Source: Octopus sinensis (taxonomy: Eukaryota). From it: a stretch of 64,000 nucleotides of DNA. The notes beneath the pieces are model-generated. The model ran no database searches. It had not been told where the DNA came from and was given only the letters and a program-made list of their open reading frames with translations. The first letter of the stretch is position 1, and each line of letters starts with the position of its first letter. Positions 26,109 to 38,747 of this stretch are shown in pieces. Both the position numbers and the translations under genes were made by a program. The stretch is from positions 92,628,001-92,692,000 of the forward strand of contig NC_043001.1 of assembly GCF_006345805.1 (NCBI RefSeq), in the 5' to 3' direction.

Positions 26109-27824
26109 ATTGTTGTTATTTAGGAAAATGATAAAAAACCATTGATGTAATACACATCATTTTCTTGTGCTCATATCTGTCCTAATTTCATTTCAAAATT
26201 TAAACCATTTATGATCGATAAAATAAATAAAAATAACACATTAGTACCAAGTCAATTAAATATAAGCCATCTCGTACATATGATGACCATGACAAAATAC
26301 ATTTTAAGTTTTAGATATCTGGCAATTCTCACACCTATACATGGAAAACTCAACAAAAGGAACAACTGACCTAACTTAATATAGGATTGATGAATTTAGA
26401 ATTCAGACCTACTTATTAAATTTATATAATCTAATTTTTTCACATGTGCCTGCATCTAATCTTATAAATACAAAATGTTCTTTTAATATCAGAAAACTTT
26501 ATTGTCTAATTAATGTATTTGTTTAATCATGGGCTCAAAGGAAATAGGATGCTGTTGCTTAGCTCCATATCAGATGTGATAGATTGAACTTAGGATAATG
26601 TGTTCCAGTAATGAGCATACTACATTTTTGTATATTAGAATTATAATACTTGGTATATGCTTTCTGATATTAGGGAGAGAAAAAGCAAGAACTGGTTGCT
26701 ATTTCCAGCAGAATAAGTGACCACATGAAAGCTCTCTTGAACTTTGTGACCAGCCAATATACACTGATGTCAGCACCATTTGTTAGGCAGCAATATTTTA
26801 GAACACTTCACCTCACACCCAACATTTTCTATTTTATTCATTCAGGGAATTAGTGTAAAAGACAGTGTGAGGTATATAATACTAAGGGAGGTGTGATAAA
26901 CGGCATGAATAAGTCAGGAAATTACATATATAAACTTACATCGGTAATATAATAAGGATATAGAATATGAAGTACTTTACTCAATAATAACCAAGTTTAA
27001 TAATTCACTAAATGTTAATAATTCTTCATTTTAATACATTGAAATTAAAAATATTCTTTAAAGGGACATTCTCATAGTTTTAATCTTTTAAACTTCATAC
27101 AATTTCCACTGCTGTCGTTAATATGAAATAAAATTCATAAACAACTGTACCCCAGTGAATTTTAAGTGAACTGTGATACTAAACCAGTTTGGATCCCTGA
27201 TTTCTGCATTATGTTGCTAATGAACCATAAAAGTTACAAAGACAAAATTCTCCCATTTTCTCTATGTCTGTAAATCTGAGGTCATTTACCTAGACAATTA
27301 CAGGGTAGAAGTCAATTCTCAATGAATCAAGTCAAACATCCAGTTTCAGAATATGCTCAGATAACTTTACTCATTTTAAGAAAAGAAAGAGCATCATATA
27401 ATCCCAACCTATTACAAAATTGAGGCCTTGCATAAATGTTAAAAATAGCAATGGTTATTACTAGATTTTTTTTCAGTACAATTTTCAAAAATTTTTTTAA
27501 TTCAATTTTTTTTTTTATTAAATATGCAGTTATAAATATTATTTGATTGGGTTATAAATCTTGGTTTGGATTAATGAATTTGTGCAGAGGCAAAAATAGG
27601 TGATTTAGTGCACTCCCGGATCAAGTATTGTGATTTCATAAACCACTATAATAATTTTAATTGCCTCTAATAACAAAATGTGCATTGTCTTCACTTATTT
27701 CACTCAAGTGTCCAATAAAAAGAGAAATATACTCCCATATGCCAAATCTACGAAACACATGGCATGTAAAGTGATATAAAAGTTGTACTATTGCAATAGA
27801 CTCTATTATTACTAATAAAAAAAA

Positions 27825-27862
<38 letters not shown>

Positions 27863-28315
27863 ATTGATTGTGTGGTAATAATAAAAGTTGTTGATTAGAA
27901 AACATAATTTTAAAAATAAAAAAGGGAAAAAATTTCAAAATTAATAAATTAAAATAAGACAAAAAAATTGATAAACCTCATAGCATGAAAAAAAAAGAAA
28001 GAAAACACTAGCAGACAAGTGACAACGACAGATTAATAATTGAAGGAACGGGGGTCAAAATAGGAATAGGGTACAGTCAGACCAACAGACATCGAGACGA
28101 GAATAACATGAAGAAAAGGTTAAGTACCAACAAACACCAAGGTAACATTGGAGGAGGTACCTGGAAAGAACCATTTAGAGTGTGGTCAGTTAAGGACAAA
28201 GAAACCAAATCACCACAGTTACTGTGACTTTTTTGTTATACATATTTTTTTTCCACATTTTTTCTTTAATTTTTTTTTTTGCTTTCTGTTTTTAGTATTC
28301 AGAAAATAAAAAGGA

Positions 28316-28417
<102 letters not shown>

Positions 28418-28619
28418 GAGGGGGAAAAAATAACAAAACAAAGGCTAATATATTTTGGTATTTTTTACATTACACTGGCCTAAAGTAACCAAAAAGGCAA
28501 AATAAGTTATTTTATGAATATATTAGAGCTTTTACATTCCTATTTAAATATTCTGTTTTTCCCCAGAAAATTATTACAAAGAAAAATTTTGTATGATAAT
28601 ATATTCAATTTTCAAAAAT

Positions 28620-28988
28620 CATATGTATATATATATATATATATATGCATGCTTTCATACATGCATGTATGCATACATATATGTATTTGTGTATGTATGT
28701 AAATATACATGCACACATACAAATATACAGATATATATACATATATATATACATATGCATATTTGTGTATGTATGTATGTAAACATACAGGCACACATGC
28801 AAATATACAGATATATATATATATATAATATATTATATATATATATATACATATGCATATTTGTGTATGTATGTATGTAAACATACATGCACACATGCAA
28901 ATATACAGATATATAAATATATATATGATATATATATATATAATATTATATATATATATATAATATATATATATAATATATATATATA

Positions 28989-29022
<34 letters not shown>

Positions 29023-29027
29023 ATATA

Positions 29028-29059
<32 letters not shown>

Positions 29060-29273
29060 TAATATATATATATAATATATATATATAATATATAATATAT
29101 ATATATATATATATAATATATATATTATATATATATAATATATATAATATATATATATATATATAAATATATATATAATATAATATATATAATATATATA
29201 TATATATAATATATATATATATAAGTGATCTTTTCCCTGACTTATGGTATCTTAGATGATTCATGTATATATG

Positions 29274-29310
<37 letters not shown>
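28620..29310. repeat. Higher-order ~90 bp TA/TG/CA minisatellite (about 3 units) followed by a ~295 bp A/T-only tract
   Basis: The unit atatgcatatttgtgtatgtatgtatgtaaacataca.gcacacatgcaaatatacagatatata recurs; 28928-29224 lacks G/C. Confidence 0.9.
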
Positions 29311-29315
<5 letters not shown>

Positions 29316-30229
29316 GTGTGTAGGCTTATCTGTGTGTATATATGCATATATATATACAAATGCATACGCATACATAGACACAGAGCATATTCCCATACAA
29401 AATAGGGAGATAATATATATTTTACACATACCTATTATATTTCCTACATATAATAAAGAATTTTTTTTTTTATTGTGCCTATGTTGTGTAAATATCATTT
29501 GAATATATAAAATCTAGTATTTATATGCAATATCACAGTCTGAAACCAACCTAGACAAGGAGCTACACATATTACTTTAAATGTGCTTGAACATGGTGTT
29601 TTTTAAATGCTATTATCAATAATATATTCTTTTATTCCTTAAATGGTTTCATTCATGGATCAATTGCAAAGCAAGGGCTTCTGAAAGGATTTCAACATGA
29701 TATACCTTTTAATTTGATAAATGAAAACTATGTATTTTCCCAGTGTAAAATAAACATTGGTTACAATAAAGGTTTGTCTCAGAGAAACACCCCTTTGGTC
29801 TAACCACTTTGATTATTTTAAACACCAGGTTAAATAGTGTATCAACAAAAAAGAAAAATCTAATTGCTGCACTATTTATTTCAATTATGTATATACATAC
29901 AATCGTAAGTATACATATACTTATGTGTGTGTGAACATGTATCAATATCTACACACACACACACACACATTTATATAAGAATTTGTGTGTGTCTATTAAA
30001 CATTTTTTAGACAAATACTTTGATTACAGCCTACAGCTACAATATGGGAAACAAGATTTTCTTAAATCAAAAATTATTACTTCTTTCAATAAGGCCCTTT
30101 GTTAATCTAATTTTTCATAGACTTAATCATTTTTAATTAAGCAAAATCGTGTTTTCAGATACACTACATGTATATATATTGTGTGTGTGTGTGTGTAAAT
30201 ATATATATATACAGGACTCACTTGTCCGG

Positions 30230-30772
30230 CAGGACAAGTGAGTCCATAACCCGTGGCCTTCTACATGGGATGGAGCCAGCCTACGTATGCATACCTTCCC
30301 TTCTTGGGACACAAAACTCTACTTGTGAAGACCTGTTGAGGCAAGTGAGGATCAAATTCGAAATCGATCAATGGAAATTGCAGATGTGTTACCAGTGCCG
30401 GTGGCATGTAAGAGAACCATCTGTTTGCGACCGTTGCCAGCGCCGCCCCGACTGGCCTCGTGCTGGTGGCACATAAAAAGCACCATCCGTTCGTGTCCGT
30501 TGCCAGCCTCACCTGGCCCCCGTGCCGGTGGCACATAAAAAGCACCATCCGTTCGTGGCCGTTTGCCAGCTCTGTCTGGCACATGTGCGGGTGGCACGTA
30601 AAAAGCACCCACTACACTCACGGAGTGGTTGGCGTTAGGAAGGGCATCCAGCCGTAGAAACACTGCCAGATCTGACTGGGCCTGATGAAGCCTTCTGGCT
30701 TCACAGACCCCAGTTGAACCGTCCAACCCATGCTAGCATGGAAAACGGACGCTAAACGATGATGATGATGAT
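30230..30772 (+). mobile_element. Young RTE-tail SINE-like element with internal ~62 bp tandem units and a (GAT)n tail
   Basis: CpG-rich; tail nearly identical to 33330-33522 and 51277-51458; three full gtgccggtggca..taaaaagcacc units plus a fourth partial one at 30395-30610. Confidence 0.9.
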
Positions 30773-31919
30773 ATACACACACACACACACACATATACTG
30801 CTTAGCAAATGTGATTCTCCTAGTTGTGGTTTAATTGCAGGACAACTTTGAGTAAAGGCTTTCCCTCTTTGATGACTTAATGTACAGTGTGTTGGATTAC
30901 ATTATTGAATATATTCTGGAGATTATCAATAAATTTTAGAACTTGATCAATCATCCACAAATCCTTCCTCGCTCATAACCCAGTTATCATCAGCACAGCA
31001 GTTAGCAAAACTGAAGGAGTATTGGTCTTTCAGTATTTAATTGTATGCTTTTCTTATTAGGTCAACTTTGTTTTCTTATACTTCTCAGTGTAATGAAATA
31101 GATACCATTCAAGAACTGGAATCAATTATTTGATAATATTTCTTCCCTAAAATTGGTCACCCTTTTCCTAAACCAAAAGTTATTTTTATGCTATTATTCA
31201 ATGTCAGATGTAAGTGATGCTGTTTCTATCAAACTGTAATGTTTTTCATATATTTCTTCTATTTCTTACTGTTTTAAATCTATTTTTCTTTGTTTGCATG
31301 AGTTGGAGTACTTATTGGCTGTAACAATTGCATTTTATGTGTATGCCTTTTCTGCCAGTAACCATTCAATGGGGAACTAAGCAGTGGCATATGGTGGCTG
31401 CTGTCATTGGGTGTGCTGTCATACTGACCATATTATGAATAACATTAGTGTTACTCAAATTAGACACACAATGTCTCTTTGAAGATTATACACATAACAA
31501 TAATACATGAAATAGTATTTTACACAAAAGTACTTCTCCAAAATTAAATCATTCAAACTTATGAAAAACTGCTTTTAAAATTTTGGCTACAAAGCTCTTA
31601 AATTTTGTTACTAATCAGTTCATAATCAGTGAAAATTAAATTAAAAGCACATATTTCTGTGTCAGTAAAAGCATTTGAGATCAACACTAATTAAATTTTA
31701 GATAAAATGATTAAGCACACAACTAAGAAAATCACAAAATTCACTGAGTAAAATATCAACACACAATCTTTCAGAATTTGACCTGACTTAAGTTTTGTTT
31801 CTGGCTCCTAAAAGTGTATTACTAGTTTTGAAAACAAATTAAGATCAGAGTTATATGATGATGGTGTAAGAAAAAAATTATTGTAAAAAAAATGTTTAGT
31901 TTAGGAATTTTAAATTAAT

Positions 31920-32209
31920 TTAAACACACAACTTCCTGCCACAAAAATGAACATGTGACCATGTTGTCAAGACTGTCGCACACCCTTCGCCATTAACTTT
32001 TTGCCATTCTCCCATTATCTGACAATATGCCCAGTACTGTGAGGTGTGCAGTGTTATTTCAGGATATGTGTCACCAAATTTCAAGCAGGAGTATAACAAA
32101 AGTTTTCCATTATAATTTGTGATTAAATTAATTAGATTAATATTTATAATGAATTTGCCATTACTGCTGACTGTGCAGTGCACATCTAGCACACCTGGAA
32201 TATATGCCC
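31920..32209 (-). CDS. Possible exon or TE remnant (..KFGDTYPEITLHTSQYWAYCQIMGEWQKVNGEGCATVLTTWSHVHFCGRKLCV*), unidentified
   Basis: 96 open codons after a pyrimidine-rich acceptor tcttctcccttatttccAG (32210-32211); GC above flanks; no recognised motif and no good donor. Confidence 0.2.
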
Positions 32210-32607
32210 CTGGAAATAAGGGAGAAGACTATTTCTTTTTATTCACTTGAAAATTTCAGAAAAAAGTGTTAGGTGTCTTGCTTAGTGGAACAGCACAGTA
32301 ATATCAAGATTTGAACTTAAGGTCATGATTTTAGTAAGTAAGAATTCACAGCTATTTTACAGCATCATTGATTTTATTTTCTGCATAGAGCTGAAGAAAG
32401 ACAAAAATGTAGTACAAGTGGACGTAACTAATATCTGATATTAATATTATTTTATTAAAAACATCTAAAAGTTTATAGATTTGATAAAAGTAGGTCATAA
32501 AATATATCAAATGACCTGAAAATAACACTATCTCATAAAAATATATTTATGAATTTTATTAGTTAAGGTGTTATACTAGGGAAAAATAGTTACATTCTAC
32601 AAATTTC

Positions 32608-32638
<31 letters not shown>

Positions 32639-32708
32639 AAGTGAAGAATAAGAAAATAGAGGTATTGAAATTAATAAGAGTTTATTATCAGCAAAAAATT
32701 GATTGTTA

Positions 32709-32791
32709 TCCCTTACAGCTGTTTCAATTAAGCTTAGTGAAGTTAAATAAATATTAAAATCATATTTCTGAGCTTAATCACTTCAGAGGGA
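32709..32791 (-). ncRNA. Type I hammerhead motif (left arm), A9U variant
   Basis: UCCCU-CUGAAGU-GAUUAAGCU...AGCUUAAUU-GAAA-CAGCUG-UA-AGGGA: 5 bp stem I, 9 bp stem II, palindromic stem III ACAGCUGU. Confidence 0.7.
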
Positions 32792-32907
32792 GAAAAAATA
32801 TGCCCTTAGATATTTTGTGTGTTAGTTATTTGAATCATCGCAGCAGATGAGTCTGCCATGATGATTCAAATAACTAACACACAAAATATCTAAGGGCATA
32901 TTTTTTC

Positions 32908-32993
32908 TCCCTCTGAAGTGATTAAGCTCAGAAATATGATTTTAATATTTATTTAACTTCACAAAGCTTAATTGAAACAACAGCTGTAAGGGA
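32908..32993 (+). ncRNA. Type I hammerhead motif (right arm), A9U variant, with a 3-nt insertion in stem III
   Basis: Mirror of 32709-32791; GAAA at 32974-77, then CAACAGCUG-UA, AGGGA at 32989-93. Confidence 0.65.
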
Positions 32994-33130
32994 TAACGAT
33001 CAATTTTTTGCTGATAATAAACTCTTATTAACTTCAATACCTCCATTTTCTTCAGTTCTATATTTAAGAGATGAGAAATTATGTACATTATTTACATTTG
33101 ACAGATATTTGTCCTCATCTTGTTTGTTGT

Positions 33131-33174
33131 TAACACGTTTTGGCTGATATACCCTCCAGCCTTCATCAGGTGTC
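33131..33174 (-). ncRNA. Degenerate hammerhead (GAAA mutated to AAAA)
   Basis: GACAC-CUGAUGA(33169-63)-A-GGCUG-GAGGGUAUAU-CAGCC-AAAA-CGUGUU. Confidence 0.65.
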
Positions 33175-33249
33175 TTGGGGAAATTTAAAACCTGGGCTCT
33201 CGTTCCTAAGGTATTTTCGATGCGGTTGTTGTTGTTATTATTATTATTA

Positions 33250-33522
33250 TTATTTGACTGGCTTCCGTGCCGGTGGCACATAAAATACACCAATCCGACC
33301 GTGGCCGTTGCCAGCCTCACCTGGCACCTGTGCAGGTGGCACGTAAAAAGCACCCACTACACTCACGGAGTGGTTGGCGTTAGGAAGGGCATCCAGCTGT
33401 AGAAACATTGCCAGATAAGACTGGAGCCTGATGCAGCCTTCTGGCTTCCCAGATCCCCGGTCGAACCGTCCAACTCATGCCAGCATGGAGAACGGACGTT
33501 AAACGATGATGATGATGATGAT
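33250..33522 (+). mobile_element. Young RTE-tail SINE-like insertion with (GAT)n tail
   Basis: High identity to 30520-30772; CpGs retained; inserted into a TAT/TAA run. Confidence 0.9.
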
Positions 33523-33614
33523 TATTATTATTATTATTATTCAGGTCACTGCCTGGAATCGAACTCAGAATCTTGGGGTTAGTAGCCTGCACTTTTAACC
33601 ACTGTGCCATATGC

Positions 33615-33715
33615 ACCTGATGCAGGCTGGAGGGTATATCAGCCGAAATGTGTTAACAAACAAGATGAGGACAAATATCCGTCAAATGTAAATAATCTAA
33701 ATAATCTCCATTTTC
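33615..33715 (+). mobile_element. Inverted duplicate of the SINE tail with a degenerate hammerhead (CUGAUGC; GAAA intact)
   Basis: acctgatgcaggctggagggtatatcagccgaaatgtgttaacaaacaagatgaggacaaatatccgtcaaatgtaaataat is the reverse complement of about 33085-33172. Confidence 0.85.
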
Positions 33716-33854
33716 TTATTTGTCATTTGCATGATTATAAACCATGGTTTATATATATTTTACGGATATTAGCCTCCTAATATTAGGTATTGAACCAGTA
33801 TTTCCTTGGATGATACCATCCCTTCATGAGGCCAACATAACCTCTATTTGAATT

Positions 33855-33928
<74 letters not shown>

Positions 33929-33939
33929 TTATATATATA

Positions 33940-34815
33940 AAGGGTGCGATGGGTAAACTGTCGCCATTTTCTATTTTTAATTTCACACATGCGCATCGTT
34001 TGTTTTCGATTTTGTAGGCTACACAGTATAGTAGGGTGAGTTAGGCACTGTCTGTAAAAAAAACACCACCAGAAAGCAATTCACTCTGCCAGAAATTTGG
34101 AAACAACATGCTGTACAGCTTGGTATTTGCACTGGAAGCTCCAACATGAAGATGGTGAACACACAGAACCACTGTTGGCTTGCCATGTCTCCTAAACATG
34201 TAATGAGAGTGATAAAAATCAAACAACCAGTCAACATCGTGGTGTTTGGAGTGATCACTACTGATGGCAATGTTATGCCTCCATTCATCTTCCTACACAG
34301 CCTCAGCAACAACATGGAGGCCTACATCAAATACCTGGAGGAGATACAGCTACCCTGGGTCAACAAAGTGGCTGCTGGAAGACCCTATGTCTAGCAACAG
34401 GACTTTGCACCATGCCACACAAGCAGGAGAACCCAGTGATGACTGTCAGAAAATTTCTGCGACCATATCACACCTAACATCTGGCCACCTTAACTCCCTG
34501 GACTGCAACTCCTTTGATTATTATGTGTGGAGTGCAGTTGAGTAAGAGATCAACAAAACTCCTTGTAATACCAAAGATGAACTGAAGGCAAGGATTATGG
34601 CAGCATTCACCAGCTTAAACAAGGAGACGGTTCAGAAGAGTTGCAAGAGATTCCAAAGTCGTCTGGAGGCCACATGATTTTAGTGAATAAATTTACTCTG
34701 TAGTATTTCAAAATATTTTTATGTAATTTCAGTAAATATATCTATTAAAATGAGATGTCAGTGTTATTTTCATTTTTGTGTAATTTAGACAACAATATAT
34801 ATTAACTGCACCCAG
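33940..34815 (+). mobile_element. Internally deleted Tc1/mariner DD37D (maT-like) transposon
   Basis: Translation ..KQPVNIVVFGVITTDGNVMPPFIF..AAGRPYV*QQDFAPCHTSRRTQ..ITPNIWPP/NSLDCNSFDYYVW; about 37 residues between catalytic D2 and D3 after correcting a frameshift; TA-flanked ends share gggtgc (imperfect TIR). Confidence 0.85.
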
Positions 34816-35139
34816 TATATGTGTGTGCACGTATGTGTGTGTGAATATACAGATACACATGTGCATGCATTTATATGTTCATATATATGTGTGTATCATC
34901 ATCAGCAAAAGCATTATTTAACATACTTGTTCTATGGAAGCCTGGATTGGATTGCTCAAAAGGATCTGACAAGTCAGATGACTGCATTGCAATCCAGTGT
35001 CTGCTTTGACAAGGTTTCCACAGCCAGATACTCTTCCTAAAGCCAAAGCTAACCACTTTACTGATTGTACTAGGTATATTTTTATTTGATACTAGCACTA
35101 GTGGTGTCATGAAGCAGCTCTCACAAGACCCTTCGACCG

Positions 35140-35860
35140 AGTGGGCATGTAGTATTGAGGGAGGTGGCTTTGTGTCAGGTATTGGGAGGATAAATTATGA
35201 GAGATGGTGTCTTGATGTAGAGGAATGGCTACCGAAGAAAGGATGAAGGAAATGGAGTGTCAGGGCATATCATACAGGAACAAAAAGATGGATAAAGAGA
35301 GAAAAGGGACAAAGAATTGAGGATGGCTGGATGGGTAGGTTCACAAGGATGAGAAAAGATGACAGATGGTTAGAGATGGGGATAAAAAGTAAATGGAGTA
35401 AATGGTGAACACAGATGGAATTGCATTCAATGATGAATCTTAGTTGGGGATGAGGGTAAAGGAAAATAGGAGTGGGTCAAAGAGAAGGAGATAGATTCAG
35501 GTACATAAAATGGAAGAGATGGAGAGTAATGATATATTACAACTATACATGGAGAAGGAGGGAGATTATGTGAAGTGAGGGAGTGAGAGAAGGATGTACA
35601 GAGATAGAGATGGAGGTAAGAGGTATATGTGATAAGAGATGATGTTGACAATGTGGGATGGTGATGAGGTAAGTAGTTCCAAGGAGAGGGATAACTGATA
35701 GCAAAAAAGGCAGGAATGCAATATGTGGATTTCTCCTCAAATAATTACAGCAGCTGAAGAAATAGTTAGAAGGATAAAGAAGGGAAGGGATAGGAGTTAT
35801 GCAGATAAATTGTGGGAAGGCTTGACAGGTACAGATTGGGTGCAGGGGCATAGATGTAAA
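35140..35860. repeat. Purine-rich (GA-biased) low-complexity tract adjoining a minus-strand RTE-SINE piece (34895-35060)
   Basis: Composition mirrors the pyrimidine-rich tract at 6200-6760, which also precedes an RTE-tail repeat. Confidence 0.5.
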
Positions 35861-38184
35861 TGGTATGCTTTTAGGACCTAAATTTTGCTGAGATGGTTGG
35901 GTCTTCTTAAATCAGCAATAATCTCAGTCCACTGTCAGCTCCTCTATAAGGCTCAACAACTTGAGGTCAATCTTTGCCATTTCATTCCATATCTTTCAAT
36001 TTCCTTCTCCTACAAATTTTATAGATTTAATTATCGACACTTCTTTATGCAGCTGTCATCATCTATATGCATTACATGACCATACCAGCAGTTTTCATTT
36101 TTTGCATACTATTTCTGATTCCTTTAATGCCCAACATTTCTTTCAATACGTGGTACTTTGTCATATGTACACACTGATATTGCATGCTTGTGAAGTATAC
36201 CTGCTTTAATTGTGTGTGTGTGTGTGAGCATGCGCACGCGCATGTACACACACATAATTTCTGTAAACTCAATATATTGTAAAATTTCTAGAGAATAGCA
36301 TGAATTGCTGTCCCTTTGATTGATAGTGGTAATTTTTCCATTATATATTAGTTATAAATTAGTTATATATTAGTTATAAATAAATATTAATTCTTTCTAA
36401 TATAGGCACAAGGTCAAAAATTGGAGGTGCACTATTTGATTGATACAATATTTTAGCAGGCCTAGAAGGACGAAAGGCATTTTGTTTGACAGCTTTTCTT
36501 ATGCAGCTATTATACAACAAATTTTATAGGTTGGGTTAAGTTGATTCTATTATTCTCAGATACATTTAATCACATCCCACTACAAGATGGAATGCAAAAT
36601 TGACTTTAATCGGGTGGCAACTTTAGGAATGAAATGATATAACTAAATACCCTGAAGCATGTTAGTAAAATTACTTTTACAATATTTAAGATAATAAGCT
36701 CATTTGATATATCCTAGGGTGAATCAGCCAATGAAATAGTGAAGATGGAATTTGTAAGCAAATTTATTAAAATAACTCTGTTTTATAGTTGTTAAAAATG
36801 AAGACCTTATATATATACTTAACAATAAATTAATCATAGATAAACAAAATACATCTCAAGGAAACTTAAGCCATTTATAAATTCTGAACATTGACATATC
36901 AAAGAAGATGCAATAAAACATGTTTCTTTGACATTTAGCACTATCCCCTTAACTCAGAAAAATCTTCGCAACAAATTATGTATCTATTTACTCTGTGTTC
37001 TGCATCTGATTTTCGGCAAAGACCTCCTTGGTTTAAGTTTAAAAATTGTATGTAAGTGAGATAAGTGAGAAGAATCTTTTTTTCTTTCTTTAAGATGGCT
37101 TTTTTTAAATGTAAGCCAATTGCATTAACTTCTTGTAGAAGACAAAATAAGTTTTATGCAGTAAATGAGAAACTTATACACATGGATATTCATTGTTGCA
37201 AGCAACAAGGAGTGCTTTAAAAAGCACTAGAGTAAAGAAAAATACTTTTGCTTCAGTCATCTAATTAATAATTCCAAAACATCTTATTAAACCAAGTCAC
37301 ACTTTATAATCTTCTTTTTGAATTTTTGGATTTTCTCTTTATGGATTTAATTTTTCGAATATTACAAGAGGTTAATGATGTGAAGTTGATAATATTTCAG
37401 TACCACGAGGAACCAAACAAGTACTTTTCTTAGTAGTATTTGCAACATCCAAAGATAACAGTGTTCATGATTATCTAGTGATTTACTAAGTTCACAGATA
37501 TAGCTGTTATAAATTTATGAAGGGCTAACTTCCATGGGTACTATATTATCACTTTATTCACACTGTCAAGAGATTTTGTATTGCAATATATTTCAACAAA
37601 TCTAATTGAAGTGAACTATTAAAATAATTGGTAAAACCTTGATCATATATTTATCTCATTAACATATATTAAATTAATGATTTAAAATTATAGCAATGTA
37701 AATGAATTTATAATGTTTGTTAAATTTTCAACTGATTTTATCAGGTCACAAGATATATATTTTAACTACTTGAATATATAATTTTGCTCATTTATACAGA
37801 TTTCCTCTTTCATATTTTTATACTTTTATAAAGTATGTAACTAATACTCAAATATTTCAAATTAGAAGCAGCTCTAATAATGTAAACATTACCAGTATCA
37901 CAGACTTAAGGTATGTCTTCTGTTTATATGCTTATTAGCTGCAAATTTTCCCTGAATGAAATTCTGAAGCTAATAAGTGTATAAACAAAACACATTAAGT
38001 ATGTGATGTCAGTAATGTTTAATATTCAAATATATTTTGACCAGAAATGTCTCTGTAGTAATATTAATAATTCTCTTTAAGATAATTTGTAACAAAAGTA
38101 GATAAGTTCTAATTCAATTGATAACAGTTTGGATAAAGATTATAATTACATAATAAAAGCATTTGCTGTGATTGTGTTTGTGTG

Positions 38185-38222
<38 letters not shown>

Positions 38223-38474
38223 TATATATACATATTCTATATATACAAATATATAAATATATGTATAGTAGCAAGTAACAAAATACCAAAATAATTAGTG
38301 AAATAAATATCTTGGAAAACAGAAAACAAATAATATGACTTGACAAAAGTCTAAAATGCTACCTTTATACACACACTCACACACACACACATATATATAC
38401 ACACACACACATGTGTGTGTGTGTATGTATGTATATATCTCAAAAGAAACAAAAATAACACTAATATATAAAGA

Positions 38475-38538
<64 letters not shown>

Positions 38539-38712
38539 GGGAAATAACAATGAAAGTAATTATTTAGAACAAGAAAGTGGTAACCTCTCCTCATTTTTTT
38601 AAAATCTTTTTTAAAGTCACAGAGAATTGTAATACATGAAATATGGACAATGCGATAAAACAAACATGAAGTCTTCAGCAGCAAGTGAGAATATGAGAAA
38701 GAGAAAACATAC

Positions 38713-38747
<35 letters not shown>

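Larger units (their letters stand above)
32650..33052. repeat. Near-perfect palindrome, ~190 bp arms, 20 nt loop (32840-32859); PLE terminal-repeat derived
   Basis: By eye the arms differ by 4 substitutions and one 3-nt indel; the loop contains a GCAGA-TGAG-TCTGC mini-hairpin. Confidence 0.97.
33053..33614 (-). mobile_element. tRNA-headed SINE with a hammerhead-bearing tail, interrupted in its (TAA)n linker by a younger RTE-tail SINE
   Basis: The head at 33541-33614 reads gcatatggcacagtggttaaaagtgcaggctactaaccccaagattctgagttcgattccagg (A box TGGCACAGTGG, B box GAGTTCGATTCC); (TAA)n; the body at 33053-33230 contains CUGAUGA-AGGCUG..CAGCC-AAAA. Confidence 0.75.

Noticed and set aside
30395-30610. 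Repeat-spacer-like array suggesting CRISPR
   Set aside because: Units are similar along their whole length, lie inside a eukaryotic SINE and have no cas genes.
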